DNA of 37,360 nucleotides from a virus (lineage: Duplodnaviria > Caudoviricetes), in the IMG/VR virus record IMGVR_UViG_3300037851_000524, positions 1 to 37,360 of that record. One strand, given 5' to 3'. The notes under the pieces were generated by a model. The model was not told the DNA's origin. It saw only the letters and a list, made by a program, of their open reading frames with translations, and did not search any database. A program made the position numbers and the translations under genes. Below, one piece after another: positions 8,997-18,549 of this stretch (positions are counted from its first letter, which is position 1; each line of letters opens with the position of its first letter).

Positions 8997-9698
8997 ATGA
9001 AGATTATCACCGTCAACAAAACCTTGAATGAGGCTGCCAATATCGAGCGGTATTGCCGTTGGAATGATTGGGCCGATCTCATTTTGATTGCTGACGGCGG
9101 CTCGATTGATGAGACGGTGGCCCTGGCCGGTAAATTCGCCAATGTCCGGGTCAGGCCATTCGAGCAACGGGTTACGTTACCGGACGGTTCATTTATGAAC
9201 CCCGAACCGGCGCACTTTAACTTTTTGATCGAGTGGGCCGAAAGCAAAAACGCCGACTGGATTGTGTTGACCGGCGGCGACGAATGGCCTAATAAGATTT
9301 TATACCGGGATGCGCGCAGCCTATTTAATGCCGCCGAATTGGGAAACTATCACGGCATTACAGTTCACCGGCTCTATCTGTGGGGCAATGACCAGTATTT
9401 TCCCAAAATCAACGAGGCTGGCCCGGCGCTGTGGGCCTGGTCGCCCAAGCGGTTCAAGGTTCGTTGTGACGAAAGCGGCGACACGTTCTTTGACTCGGTT
9501 ATGCCAGGGCCAGACCCGGAAGCGTGTCTGCGGCTCGACTTCCCTTATGTGCTGATGCACTACTACGCCGGACCGGACATCACCCCGGCCAAACTGGAAC
9601 GGTATAAAGCCTGGGGGTATCCGCAGGTACACCCGCTTGAAAGCATCTATGCGCCGCCGGTCGATTTGCCGGAATGGGCCAGGGAGTGGCAGACGTGA
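8997..9698 (+). CDS. Glycosyltransferase family 2-like (GT-A)
   Basis: 'TLNEAANIER', 'IADGGSIDET', 'DWIVLTGGDEW' (degenerate DxDE), 'LMHY'. Confidence 0.8.
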   Translation: MKIITVNKTLNEAANIERYCRWNDWADLILIADGGSIDETVALAGKFANVRVRPFEQRVTLPDGSFMNPEPAHFNFLIEWAESKNADWIVLTGGDEWPNKILYRDARSLFNAAELGNYHGITVHRLYLWGNDQYFPKINEAGPALWAWSPKRFKVRCDESGDTFFDSVMPGPDPEACLRLDFPYVLMHYYAGPDITPAKLERYKAWGYPQVHPLESIYAPPVDLPEWAREWQT

Positions 9699-10588
9699 AG
9701 ATAGTTCTTAGTTCGATTTGGTATCCGATGAGTATTAGCAGGTACTTCGAGGCCGCTCTGCGCCGCCGGCCCGATGTCGAGTTATTCACCGCCGGGCCTT
9801 ACACCGGCTCTTGGATACCCTGGGACGGCGGAATGAATCTACCGGCCAAATATGCCAAAGCGCCGGACCTGGCTATTCCCTCCTCTAACCCGATTCCCAA
9901 CCATATCCCGATTAGCTATGTCGAGAAAAAGCTGCCCTGGACGCCGGATTTATGGTTACAGATTGACGCCGGTTTCCATTGGCTCGGCAAACCGCAGCAC
10001 GGCAAAAATGTCATTGTCGGCACTGACCCTCATTGTCTCAACTACAACAGCCAGCGCCAGCTTGCCGATACTTTTTATTGTATGCAAACGCCTTATATGC
10101 AGGCGGGCGACGAATATCTACCTTACGGCTACGACCCGGAATGGCATAAGCCGGAGGAGCAAGCGCAACAGTATGACGTGTGCCTTATCGGACTGCATTA
10201 TGCTAACCGCAATTTGCTAGTTGACGAATTGCGCCGGCGGGGGCTGAAAGTTTACTACGATTTAGGACCGGCCTTTGACGAGGCCAGGGCGCTCTACAAT
10301 CAAGCGCCTATCGGCCTGAATTGGTCAAGCCTCAAAGACCTGACCGCCAGGGTGTTCGAGTTAACGGCAATGCGCCGGCTGGCGGTAGTCAACTATGTGC
10401 CCGACCTTGACCGCTTTTTCAAGCGGGGGCAGGTGGTAGTATTCGAGACATTGGACGAGGCAGCAGAGCAGGTGATGTACTATCACGACCATCCTAAAGA
10501 ATTGGCGGCAGTGGCTCAGGCCGGGTATGAGGCGGTGCAACCTCACAGTTGGGACGCCAGAATAGCGCAGATTTTGGGGGAGCTATGA
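9695..10588 (+). CDS. CgeB-like / Glyco_trans_1_2 glycosyltransferase (GT-B)
   Basis: 'YLPYGYDPEWH', 'YDVCLIG', 'LTARVFE', 'HSWDARIAQIL'. GTGA overlap at 9695. Confidence 0.85.
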   Translation: MKIVLSSIWYPMSISRYFEAALRRRPDVELFTAGPYTGSWIPWDGGMNLPAKYAKAPDLAIPSSNPIPNHIPISYVEKKLPWTPDLWLQIDAGFHWLGKPQHGKNVIVGTDPHCLNYNSQRQLADTFYCMQTPYMQAGDEYLPYGYDPEWHKPEEQAQQYDVCLIGLHYANRNLLVDELRRRGLKVYYDLGPAFDEARALYNQAPIGLNWSSLKDLTARVFELTAMRRLAVVNYVPDLDRFFKRGQVVVFETLDEAAEQVMYYHDHPKELAAVAQAGYEAVQPHSWDARIAQILGEL

Positions 10589-11226
10589 TTAGCCTGATTA
10601 TGGCCGCCGGTGACAACACCCGCTGGAATGGGCGCATACCCAAGCAGTTGGCCGAAATTGGCGGCCAGCCGCTTATCCAGCGCACCTACCGGCAAGCCAG
10701 CCTTTACCGGGGCAGCCCGATTATCGTTACTCATAACCCGGCAATCAAGGCGCTTGAACTAAACTGCTTTGAACCGCAATTCAGGCGTTGGATTGTCGAG
10801 ACGCTACTTAGCACCCGGCAACTATGGCAGGAAAGAACGGCGGTGCTGTTGGGTGATGTCATCTACTCCGATTACACAATGCGGCTGCTGCTCGCCAACC
10901 GTGACCCGCTGGCGGTCTACGGCTTCAAGTGGGAGATCGTTGGCCTGTCGTTTGACTCGGAAGCCTGGGGTGATGTCATTCTGGCGCTGGAAAACGCCAA
11001 ACATAACGCCGAAAAAGGCGGCCGGGGCAAGCTATGGGAGTTTTACCGTTCCTATTGCCATATCCCCCTTGAGGCGACTGACTACGTGGAATGTAGCGTC
11101 TTTAACGAAGTTGAAGATTATACCAACGACATCGACTCGATGCAGGAATATTGGTTATTTTTGCAAAATAACCCCTGGGCCGGAAAAAAGGAAATGACCG
11201 ACATTGTGAGGGAGTATGCAGCCTAA
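10585..11226 (+). CDS. Nucleotidyltransferase (NTP_transferase / LicC-MobA-like)
   Basis: 'LIMAAGDNTRW...PKQLAEIGGQPLIQRT', 'LLGDVIY', 'DIDS'. ATGA overlap at 10585. Confidence 0.8.
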   Translation: MISLIMAAGDNTRWNGRIPKQLAEIGGQPLIQRTYRQASLYRGSPIIVTHNPAIKALELNCFEPQFRRWIVETLLSTRQLWQERTAVLLGDVIYSDYTMRLLLANRDPLAVYGFKWEIVGLSFDSEAWGDVILALENAKHNAEKGGRGKLWEFYRSYCHIPLEATDYVECSVFNEVEDYTNDIDSMQEYWLFLQNNPWAGKKEMTDIVREYAA

Positions 11227-11794
11227 TATCTGTGTCATCACCCCAACCATAGGCCGGCCTACCCTTGAACGAGCTTTGACCAGCGCCCGGTTACAGTCCG
11301 GCGACGAATGGATTATCTTTGCCGATGGGCCGCAGCCGGAAGCGTTTGCGACATACCGGCGTTTGTGGGCAGATATGCCTTACCTGTTCTATATCGAGAG
11401 CGAGCAGCTTACCGGCAATTACGGCAATGCCTTACGTGATTTGGCAATGGAATTAAGTGACTGTGACTATTTTCTATTTCTTGATGATGACGACACCTTC
11501 ACCTCCGGCGCAATCGAGACGGTCAGAGCCAGGATGAACGGCGGCCCGGTTATATTCAGGATGAACCATCCTGAAAACGGCGTCATCTGGAAAGAGACGG
11601 TCGTCACCCCCGGCAATGTCGGCGGCTCGATGTTGTGTTTACCTAACGACCGCAACCGCCGGGCCAGGTGGGGCGAATTTGGTGGACACGGTTCGGATGT
11701 GCAATTTATTGAAAAGACGCTGACCCTGTGGCCGGCTTACGAGTGGGCCGGGGATGTGATTATCAACTACGGAGGCAATCAGTGCCCGATTTGA
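11216..11794 (+). CDS. Glycosyltransferase family 2 (GT-A)
   Basis: 'VITPTIGR', 'IFADG', 'GNYGNALRD', 'FLFLDDDD'. Confidence 0.85.
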   Translation: MQPNICVITPTIGRPTLERALTSARLQSGDEWIIFADGPQPEAFATYRRLWADMPYLFYIESEQLTGNYGNALRDLAMELSDCDYFLFLDDDDTFTSGAIETVRARMNGGPVIFRMNHPENGVIWKETVVTPGNVGGSMLCLPNDRNRRARWGEFGGHGSDVQFIEKTLTLWPAYEWAGDVIINYGGNQCPI

Positions 11795-12078
11795 GGAGTG
11801 ACTTGATTGATTTAATCCAACAATTAAAAGGAGCATTGATTACTTTATCGGCTGAGATTGAAAGAGATTACAAAGAGGAGTACAAGCAATATCACGGTAA
11901 GCCGAAACAAATCAAGAGACGGGCGCAACGCAATGCCTCCCGGCGTAAAATGATAAAAAAGAAAAAGGTCAAAAAAGGCGATAATAAAGATGTCCATCAC
12001 AAAGACCACAATCCGGCCAATCAAACCGATGATAATTTAAGCGTAACTACTAAAGAATATAATCGGAGCAGAAATTGA
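11782..12078 (+). CDS. Small HNH-family protein
   Basis: GGAGG RBS before GTG 11782. 'YKEEYKQYHG...RAQRNASRR...KDVHHKDHNP.N...NL' phage HNH pattern. Confidence 0.75.
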   Translation: MPDLRSDLIDLIQQLKGALITLSAEIERDYKEEYKQYHGKPKQIKRRAQRNASRRKMIKKKKVKKGDNKDVHHKDHNPANQTDDNLSVTTKEYNRSRN

Positions 12079-12416
12079 ACATCATTAACCATCGGGGCGA
12101 CCCGCAACAGGCGACCACTGCCAAAGGCGCAACCATCCGGCGGCAATCGCACCTGTACGCTGACCAATACGGAATGGTGCGCTGCACCCCCTACGACAAC
12201 CATTTTATCTATGTCAACCCGGATACCTCCCCCGGCACAAGCTCTTTTATGTGTACCTGTGGCTCAGCGGCGGTCATTGCCAACCCGGACGGTGAGGGGC
12301 GGGCGTTCGTCTGCCTCAATCACGTCACTTTTGGCTTTCACACGACCAGCCAGGTGAATAAAAAGGATTTTGAGCGGGGAATCCCTATCATTAGAAAGGG
12401 CAGAAAATGGGCTTAA
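12075..12416 (+). CDS. Hypothetical Cys/His-containing protein
   Basis: CTCGS and CLNH motifs. Coupled to neighbouring genes. Confidence 0.6.
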   Translation: MNIINHRGDPQQATTAKGATIRRQSHLYADQYGMVRCTPYDNHFIYVNPDTSPGTSSFMCTCGSAAVIANPDGEGRAFVCLNHVTFGFHTTSQVNKKDFERGIPIIRKGRKWA

Positions 12417-12679
12417 CAGCAATTCAAAAATTAAAAGACCTTAATCAATCAAAATCAGAACAGGTTCGGACTATACAAATAGATGCTGATAGCCGGTATA
12501 TATTCCTTATAACTTATTCGGCATCGACATTAGAAAGTGCCGCCATTTCCAGAATTGAATTACTTAAACAACAGCTAGACGACTGGATTAAGGGGGAAGA
12601 ACAATTTTGCTTTATTGGAATGGCGGAAGGAATTACCATTGAAGTTCAAAGATTGAAAAACGAGTCTAAAAATGATTAG
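12407..12679 (+). CDS. Hypothetical protein (AT-rich)
   Basis: 90-aa ORF overlapping the upstream stop. Confidence 0.55.
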   Translation: MGLTAIQKLKDLNQSKSEQVRTIQIDADSRYIFLITYSASTLESAAISRIELLKQQLDDWIKGEEQFCFIGMAEGITIEVQRLKNESKND

Positions 12680-12872
12680 CTTGTTCAGGCCAATTTCCAT
12701 CAGGCCATAGTTTGGCCCGGATTTGTCTAAGGCGTCTTTTTCGTTCCCGATAGTGGGCAATTACCAAATATAGAAATGTTCCAAATAATACGCCAAACAA
12801 ACCGCTGCAAAGTTGAATGACAATCCTTGAAAATTGATTAAGGTTAGCCAAATATTCGTTAAGATTTTCCAT
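12666..12872 (-). CDS. Antisense small membrane protein (moron-like)
   Basis: One TM helix then a basic tail. GAGG RBS and its own promoter upstream. Confidence 0.6.
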   Translation of the reverse strand: MENLNEYLANLNQFSRIVIQLCSGLFGVLFGTFLYLVIAHYRERKRRLRQIRAKLWPDGNWPEQANHF

Positions 12873-12890
12873 ACGTTACCTCTTGTAATC

Positions 12891-12919
12891 ATTATAAATT
12901 GAAAAATAAAAAAACGCAA
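12891..12919 (-). promoter_or_regulatory. Sigma70-type promoter for 12666-12872
   Basis: TTGCGT-17 bp-TATAAT on the - strand. Confidence 0.6.
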
Positions 12920-13956
12920 TGACCCTAAAAATCGACATCCTCTGTACCGACGGCTCGCCTATCGGCGTCATTCCCCCCGACATCTACGGGCGAGGAGTTG
13001 GCGGAGCGGAATTAGCATTGATGAGTTGGGCTGAGACTATGGCGAATAGAGGTCATAACGTAACGGTCTACAATGACCCGACCGCTACAGGCGATTATAG
13101 TGGCTGCAATTATGTCAATAAGGCTGATTTCAACCCGGCAGGTAGTCGAGATGTCTTTATCCTGTTCCGCAGCCCTAATCCGCTGCTTAGAACGGTCAAA
13201 GCCGGTTACAAAATTCACTGGTCCTGTGACCAGTTCACCATCGGCGACTTTGGTCGGGACATTTTTCCCTGGGTTGACAAGGTGGTGTGCATTAGCCCCT
13301 ATCACGTCGCCTATCACCGGGGGCGCTATGGCATTGAAGCGGAGCGAATCGGCTACATTGATTTGGGTGTAAGGTTGGGCGATTACGGCGACCCGATGGG
13401 CCAAAAGATTACCGGGCGCTGTATCTTTTGTAGCGTCCCAGACCGGGGACTTGACATCTTGCGCTCAGTCTGGCCGCAAATCAAACGGCAAGCGCCGGGG
13501 GCGAGCCTGGTTATTACCTCCGATTACCGGCTATGGGGCAACGCCTCGCCCAACAATCACCGTCACCGGCTCGACTGGATTGACGAACCGGACGTGACTT
13601 TTTTAGGCAAGGTCGAGCGGGCCAGGTTGGTTCAGGAGCAGCAGGCGGCGGTATGCCAGCCCTACCCTTGCACGTATGAGGAGCTATTTTGCATCAGCGC
13701 CGCTGAATGTCAGGTATCAGGGGCGACACCGGTAACATCAACGGTCGGGGCGCTCAAGACAACCAACGAATTTGGCTACAGCCGGGATGGTGTACCGGCT
13801 TCGTATGAGTTCAAGGAATGGTTTGTCAGTAAGGTAATTGAGATGCTTAACAAGCCATTCGACTCGGTTATGATTGAGAAGGCCCGGAAACGGTTTAGCT
13901 GGCAGCGGATTTGTCAGCAATGGGAGCGATTGATTGAAACAGGGGAATTTGAATGA
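12919..13956 (+). CDS. Glycosyltransferase group 1 (GT4, GT-B)
   Basis: 'GVGGAE', 'SVPDRGLD', 'YPCTYEELFCISAAECQ..GA', 'FSWQRICQQW'. Confidence 0.9.
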   Translation: MTLKIDILCTDGSPIGVIPPDIYGRGVGGAELALMSWAETMANRGHNVTVYNDPTATGDYSGCNYVNKADFNPAGSRDVFILFRSPNPLLRTVKAGYKIHWSCDQFTIGDFGRDIFPWVDKVVCISPYHVAYHRGRYGIEAERIGYIDLGVRLGDYGDPMGQKITGRCIFCSVPDRGLDILRSVWPQIKRQAPGASLVITSDYRLWGNASPNNHRHRLDWIDEPDVTFLGKVERARLVQEQQAAVCQPYPCTYEELFCISAAECQVSGATPVTSTVGALKTTNEFGYSRDGVPASYEFKEWFVSKVIEMLNKPFDSVMIEKARKRFSWQRICQQWERLIETGEFE

Positions 13957-15149
13957 CCGTTATTTACATATCCGACTTTGATTTACGAGGCAGCGGTTAC
14001 GCCAATATCGCCGTTAGCCTGTGTACCGAACTGACAACGAGCGGCTATAAAGTCATTGCCCTGGGCCTGGGTTACAACGGCCAGGAACATTATCACCCAT
14101 TTACCATCGTCCAGGTTGGCGGGGTGCAAGAAATAGCGCCAATGCTCCGGCAATTCAAGGCGACCAAACTCGACATCGAGGCGGTGGTCGTGGCGCTGGA
14201 CATCCCGTTACAGGAGATGTTATTGCGCCAACTCAATACCCCGTCTGAGTGGCCTTACATCGGCTTATTCCCCCTCGAAGCTGGCCCGCTCTGCTCGCCC
14301 TGGGCAATGAGTTTACTCAGGATGGATGAACGGTTGATTATGTCCAGGTTCGGCCAGGCTGAACTTGAAGCGGTTGGCGTGGAGAGTGAATTTATTCCCA
14401 TTGCTTTTGACCCGCAAAGCTGGCGACCGCCGACGCCAGAGGAGCGCATCCTATTGCGCCAGGGGCTTGGCGTGGAGGAGGGGCAAACTATCATCCTGAC
14501 TGTGGCCGACAATCAAGAGCGAAAGAATTTAAGCCGGTCAATGGAGATATTTGCCGACTTTGCCCACAGGACTCCGGGGGCGGTCTATTGGCTCGTGACC
14601 CGGCCTCATTCGCCGGTCGGGTGGAAGCTGGAAGATTACGCCTTACAACTTGGCATTATGGACCGAGTTCAGATTTGGGAGCGGGGGATGCCGTTCAAAC
14701 AGTTGTGGTCGCTTTATGCGGCGGCTGATATGTTCCTCTTGACCAGCAAGGCTGAAGGGCTGGCAATGCCGGTTTTGGAGGCGATGTCTTGCCGGTTGCC
14801 GGTGGCCGGGACGAACTGCGCCGCTATTTCCGAACATCTGAACGATGGACGAGGATTACTCATTTCGTCTGATTACGTAATGATTGACCCCTGGGGCAAC
14901 AGCCGGCGCTATTTAGCCAGCCGGGATGATGGCCTTTACAAGCTGCAACTGTGGTTTACCGGGATGTCGGTCAACGACCAGATAGAGATGCTAAACCGAG
15001 CGCAGGCTTACGCCAACGGGCGCACGTGGGCGCAGGCGGGCAAGGTGCTGATTGAGGCGATTGAACGAACCAAAGCCAGGCGCAGCCCCGGCGTGGTTGG
15101 GGAGATTATCAATATGGCCGAATTGTCACCGGCGGAGGTGCTGGTGTAA
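13953..15149 (+). CDS. Glycosyltransferase group 1 (GT4, GT-B)
   Basis: 'SGYAN', 'NQERKNL', 'LYAAADMFLLTSKAEGLAMPVLEAMSC'. Confidence 0.92.
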   Translation: MTVIYISDFDLRGSGYANIAVSLCTELTTSGYKVIALGLGYNGQEHYHPFTIVQVGGVQEIAPMLRQFKATKLDIEAVVVALDIPLQEMLLRQLNTPSEWPYIGLFPLEAGPLCSPWAMSLLRMDERLIMSRFGQAELEAVGVESEFIPIAFDPQSWRPPTPEERILLRQGLGVEEGQTIILTVADNQERKNLSRSMEIFADFAHRTPGAVYWLVTRPHSPVGWKLEDYALQLGIMDRVQIWERGMPFKQLWSLYAAADMFLLTSKAEGLAMPVLEAMSCRLPVAGTNCAAISEHLNDGRGLLISSDYVMIDPWGNSRRYLASRDDGLYKLQLWFTGMSVNDQIEMLNRAQAYANGRTWAQAGKVLIEAIERTKARRSPGVVGEIINMAELSPAEVLV

Positions 15150-16006
15150 TGGCAAAACGCAAACAGAAACCGCAACCCAACATTGCCGGCCTCGATATCG
15201 TCATTCCGGTCTATGGCCGGCCCGACCTGCTGGCAAAGTGCCTTGATAGTATCGAAGCCGCCAGAGATGGGTTGCGGCTCAACATCGTCATTATTGATGA
15301 CGCCGGCCCGGACCAGCCCGAACTTAACCGGCTCTATGGCTCGCTCAACGGTCATCACCGGCTAATTCGGCACAGCCAAAACGCCGGTTTCCCCAGGACG
15401 GTCAATGACGGTATCAAAGCCGGAGTTGCGCCGTTCGTGCTGATCCTCAATACCGATGTCGAATTGACACCTGGCTCGCTTCAGGCAATGCTCGCTGAAT
15501 TTTCAGATCCGAAAATTGGCGTAGTCGGACCGCTATTACTTTTCCCCCACAACAGCAGCGACCCCCGCCGCCCGGCGGACCGGGTGCAGCACGCCGGGCT
15601 TGGCGTCAATTTCCGGGGTGAGATCGTCCATCTGAACATCGGTTGGAGCGCCGACCATCCCAAAGTACAACAGCGGCGAGAGGTCCAGGCCGTGACCGGG
15701 GCCTGCCTGATGGTGCGCCGGGAAGTGCTGAACCGGGCGCTTAAAACCTACAACGACGCCGGCGACCCGACTAAAGGACCATTCAACGAGGTTTACAGCC
15801 CCGGCACTTATGAAGATGCCGAACTATGTTTTGTGGCCCGGTCGCTCGATTATAAGGTGATTTACACCCCGGCGGCGGTGGCCTACCATCACGTCGGGGC
15901 GAGTGTAGAGCAATCGCCGAGGGGCTATCCGATCAACCGCAATGCAATGATTTTCAACGCCCGTTGTGGGGCGCTGCTTATCTGGGATGAATGGAGGTAT
16001 TTATGA
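15149..16006 (+). CDS. Glycosyltransferase family 2 (GT-A)
   Basis: 'IVIPVY', 'IIDDA', 'NAGFPRTVNDG', 'LNTDV', 'VQHAG', 'AVTGACLMV', 'YEDAELC'. Confidence 0.92.
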   Translation: MAKRKQKPQPNIAGLDIVIPVYGRPDLLAKCLDSIEAARDGLRLNIVIIDDAGPDQPELNRLYGSLNGHHRLIRHSQNAGFPRTVNDGIKAGVAPFVLILNTDVELTPGSLQAMLAEFSDPKIGVVGPLLLFPHNSSDPRRPADRVQHAGLGVNFRGEIVHLNIGWSADHPKVQQRREVQAVTGACLMVRREVLNRALKTYNDAGDPTKGPFNEVYSPGTYEDAELCFVARSLDYKVIYTPAAVAYHHVGASVEQSPRGYPINRNAMIFNARCGALLIWDEWRYL

Positions 16007-16575
16007 GGCCGATTTTACAAAACTCACGTGAGGTTCTTTTGGTTGGCAGTGATGGCAACCTGTTAGTTGATGAGGTTGATAACGCCCTGGTGACGGTGGA
16101 CTTCCCCCACCACGAGGTTCACGAAGGCAACACCTTCCTGGCCTTTTGGAAAAGCCCGGACGGGTCGGACGTAGCCGATAACGCCGCTTTTGGATTGTAT
16201 CTGCAACTGACCTCTAAAACCGCTCATTTCACCTTTGACGTGGCCGGGGGCGGTGACACTGAGGTAGCGTTATGGGAAAACGCAACATTCAGCGCCACCG
16301 GGACGGTGGCAACCCCCTATAACCTGAATCGGATGTCGGCCAAAGCGACTACGGTTGGAGTCAGGACCGGGCCAACGCTTGTGACCGGCACATTGATTGA
16401 AAACTTCCTTGAGCCGGGCGGTACTGGTCCATCTCAATCTAGTGGCGGCGTGGGGCGGCGCGGGACAGAATGGATTTTGCGGACCGGCACGGCTTATTAT
16501 CTGCAAGGTATCAACCGGGCCGGCAGCGCCCAACCCGCTTCGGCTATGGCCCAATGGTACGAGGAGGAAGCGTGA
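16003..16575 (+). CDS. Hypothetical beta-rich protein, probably virion-associated
   Basis: GGAGG RBS, ATGA overlap, G/T/S-rich, directly before the head-tail genes. Confidence 0.65.
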   Translation: MRPILQNSREVLLVGSDGNLLVDEVDNALVTVDFPHHEVHEGNTFLAFWKSPDGSDVADNAAFGLYLQLTSKTAHFTFDVAGGGDTEVALWENATFSATGTVATPYNLNRMSAKATTVGVRTGPTLVTGTLIENFLEPGGTGPSQSSGGVGRRGTEWILRTGTAYYLQGINRAGSAQPASAMAQWYEEEA

Positions 16576-17282
16576 TACCCATTGTCACAACTCCCCAAAT
16601 TTTAACTGATAACATTTTCACGGCTTATGGCGGCTCAACCGGCACAACGACGCCGGCCCAACGCCAGGCGGCCTATGCTATTGCCGAAGGGCAGGCGGCC
16701 CAGGAAATCGGCACATTTTTAAGCCCGACAACCATCACCGGAACATATAGCTGGCCGCCGATGGGCCAACCGTTGCAACTGCCTCAAAGTCACCTTATAT
16801 CAGTGGGCAGCGTGACCGCCGTTCACGATTCAGGTTGCAATTGCGCCGCTGACAGTATCGAAATCGAGGGGTGCGCCTGGGTGCTGTCGCCGGAAGCGGG
16901 CATTGTCAGCCTGAGAGAGTGCGGCAATACGGTCAAGGCCAGTTGTAGCGGTTGTCGCTGTGGGGCTTATGGCAATGGGCCGCTGCAAGTTCAGATTGCC
17001 TACACCGCCGGGCTGCCCACTGGGGCGTGGAGCGACCCCCGGCTCTTGATGGGCCTGGTCACGGCGGCTGATCTGGCCTTACAGCAGATGACCGACCCGG
17101 CGGGAGCGGAGGGCGGCGCAGGCGACCCCGGCGTGACGAATTTCAGTTCGCTCTCTTACAGCGAAACGAGGGCGGCGAGTTCGACCCGATACACGGCTTT
17201 TGGTGACAGCCCCAGGGCCAACTATGCCGCCAGGATGTTAAGCCCGTTTAAATACAAGCGGGCAATGAAATTGGGGTGGTAG
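16572..17282 (+). CDS. Head-tail connector/adaptor protein (Cys-rich insert)
   Basis: GTGA start with GGAGG RBS. 'VQIAYTAG' and C-terminal 'ARMLSPFK' are typical of gp6/gp15-like adaptors. Position fits. Confidence 0.7.
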   Translation: MIPIVTTPQILTDNIFTAYGGSTGTTTPAQRQAAYAIAEGQAAQEIGTFLSPTTITGTYSWPPMGQPLQLPQSHLISVGSVTAVHDSGCNCAADSIEIEGCAWVLSPEAGIVSLRECGNTVKASCSGCRCGAYGNGPLQVQIAYTAGLPTGAWSDPRLLMGLVTAADLALQQMTDPAGAEGGAGDPGVTNFSSLSYSETRAASSTRYTAFGDSPRANYAARMLSPFKYKRAMKLGW

Positions 17283-17651
17283 ATGCTTGGGCTGAATATC
17301 GAAGTATCGTTCATCCGTAACGGTTATAGTAGTGATGACATTGTAGGCGGGGCGGTTATCACCGGCTCTGTGGTATACAGTGGTATACCGGCCCGGCTCA
17401 GTTCGAGACGCCCGTCTCAGGTGTCGCTTGATAGCGGCCTGGAGGTGGAGCGGACTTTTGATTTAATCATCAACACCCAAAACTTGACCCTATTTGAACG
17501 GGATGAAGTTCAGGTGACTTGGCCGGTTGACAGTCCCTATTATGGCGAGCGATTCAGGATTCTTGGCTTGCAGCACGACAACCGCAGACCGCAGCGAGGG
17601 CATACCGAATTTACCTTGAGCCGGATCGAGCGGAGCAGGGCGAGACAATGA
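17283..17651 (+). CDS. Head closure / head-tail joining protein
   Basis: 122 aa, beta-rich, 'ERDEV...GERFRILG...HTEF'. Position fits. Confidence 0.65.
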   Translation: MLGLNIEVSFIRNGYSSDDIVGGAVITGSVVYSGIPARLSSRRPSQVSLDSGLEVERTFDLIINTQNLTLFERDEVQVTWPVDSPYYGERFRILGLQHDNRRPQRGHTEFTLSRIERSRARQ

Positions 17652-18121
17652 GCGAAGTGAAGCGCAGCGGCAAACTTGACACCAAACTCGCCAAACTCGA
17701 AAACGGCGTCAAGCGGGGGCTAATCGAAGCGGCGATGATAGTGGCGCAGCGAGCTACCAACAAAGCGCCCCGGCTAACCGGGCGGCTCAAGCGGTCGATT
17801 ACTCACAGTATGCCGACTGAGGTTGGCTTGACGGCCTGGTATATCACGGTCGGCATAAATGTTGAGTATGCTGCCGGCACAAATGTTAAGTATGCTGCTA
17901 TTCAGGAGTTTGGGGGGAAAACGCCGCCGCATATCATCAGGCCGAGAAATAAAAAGGCGCTCAAGTTCGACATTGGCGGTGAAACTGTATTCGCCAAATA
18001 TGTCAACCATCCCGGCTCAAACATCCCGGCGCAGCCATATCTAAGACCGGCCCTGAGAGAAAGTGAACCGGTTGTCAAACAACTACTTATCAAAAATATC
18101 ATTGCAGCGTTCAAGAAATGA
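17648..18121 (+). CDS. HK97 gp10-like tail component
   Basis: 'APRLTGRLKRSI', 'NVKYAAIQEFGG', 'VNHPG..AQPYLRPAL'. Confidence 0.88.
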   Translation: MSEVKRSGKLDTKLAKLENGVKRGLIEAAMIVAQRATNKAPRLTGRLKRSITHSMPTEVGLTAWYITVGINVEYAAGTNVKYAAIQEFGGKTPPHIIRPRNKKALKFDIGGETVFAKYVNHPGSNIPAQPYLRPALRESEPVVKQLLIKNIIAAFKK

Positions 18122-18549
18122 TTGCCAATAACACCATTCAGGCGGCGATTGTCGCCAAGCTCAAAACGAATAGCACCCTAACCACCTGGCTCACGGCCAA
18201 AAGCGCCGGCAGCGAGATCAGGGAATCAAGCTGGCAGGGGACAGAATATGTCTACCCTGCCGTCCGGGTCGAAACGGGGACACAGCAAGCCGGCCCGGAA
18301 AATTCAGTGTGTTATCTGACAACGGGCGAAATACCGTTTTCCGTGTTAAGTTTCAGTGAAGGGGACAGCAGTCAAGAGGCGGACGAGTTGGCCGCCCTGG
18401 TCAATGCGGCCCTGGTGGGACAGCGAATAACCGGCAGCGGCTTTAGCTCGTTGCTAATCCAATCTGACGGCCTGACCCACGCCGCCCGGACGGGCGAGCG
18501 GATATGGCGGGCTATCGGATTGTACAGGATGCAGATATATGAAAGCTAA
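18118..18549 (+). CDS. Tail terminator/completion protein (DUF3168-like)
   Basis: 'IQAAIVAKL', 'YPAV', 'EADELAALVNAAL'. Position fits. Confidence 0.7.
   Translation: MIANNTIQAAIVAKLKTNSTLTTWLTAKSAGSEIRESSWQGTEYVYPAVRVETGTQQAGPENSVCYLTTGEIPFSVLSFSEGDSSQEADELAALVNAALVGQRITGSGFSSLLIQSDGLTHAARTGERIWRAIGLYRMQIYES

Noticed and set aside
6927-16006. GT block as a captured host LPS/EPS locus or gtrABC serotype-conversion cassette
   Set aside because: No flippase, polymerase, membrane GT or sugar epimerase/dehydratase is present, and the genes are interleaved and coupled with phage-type genes.
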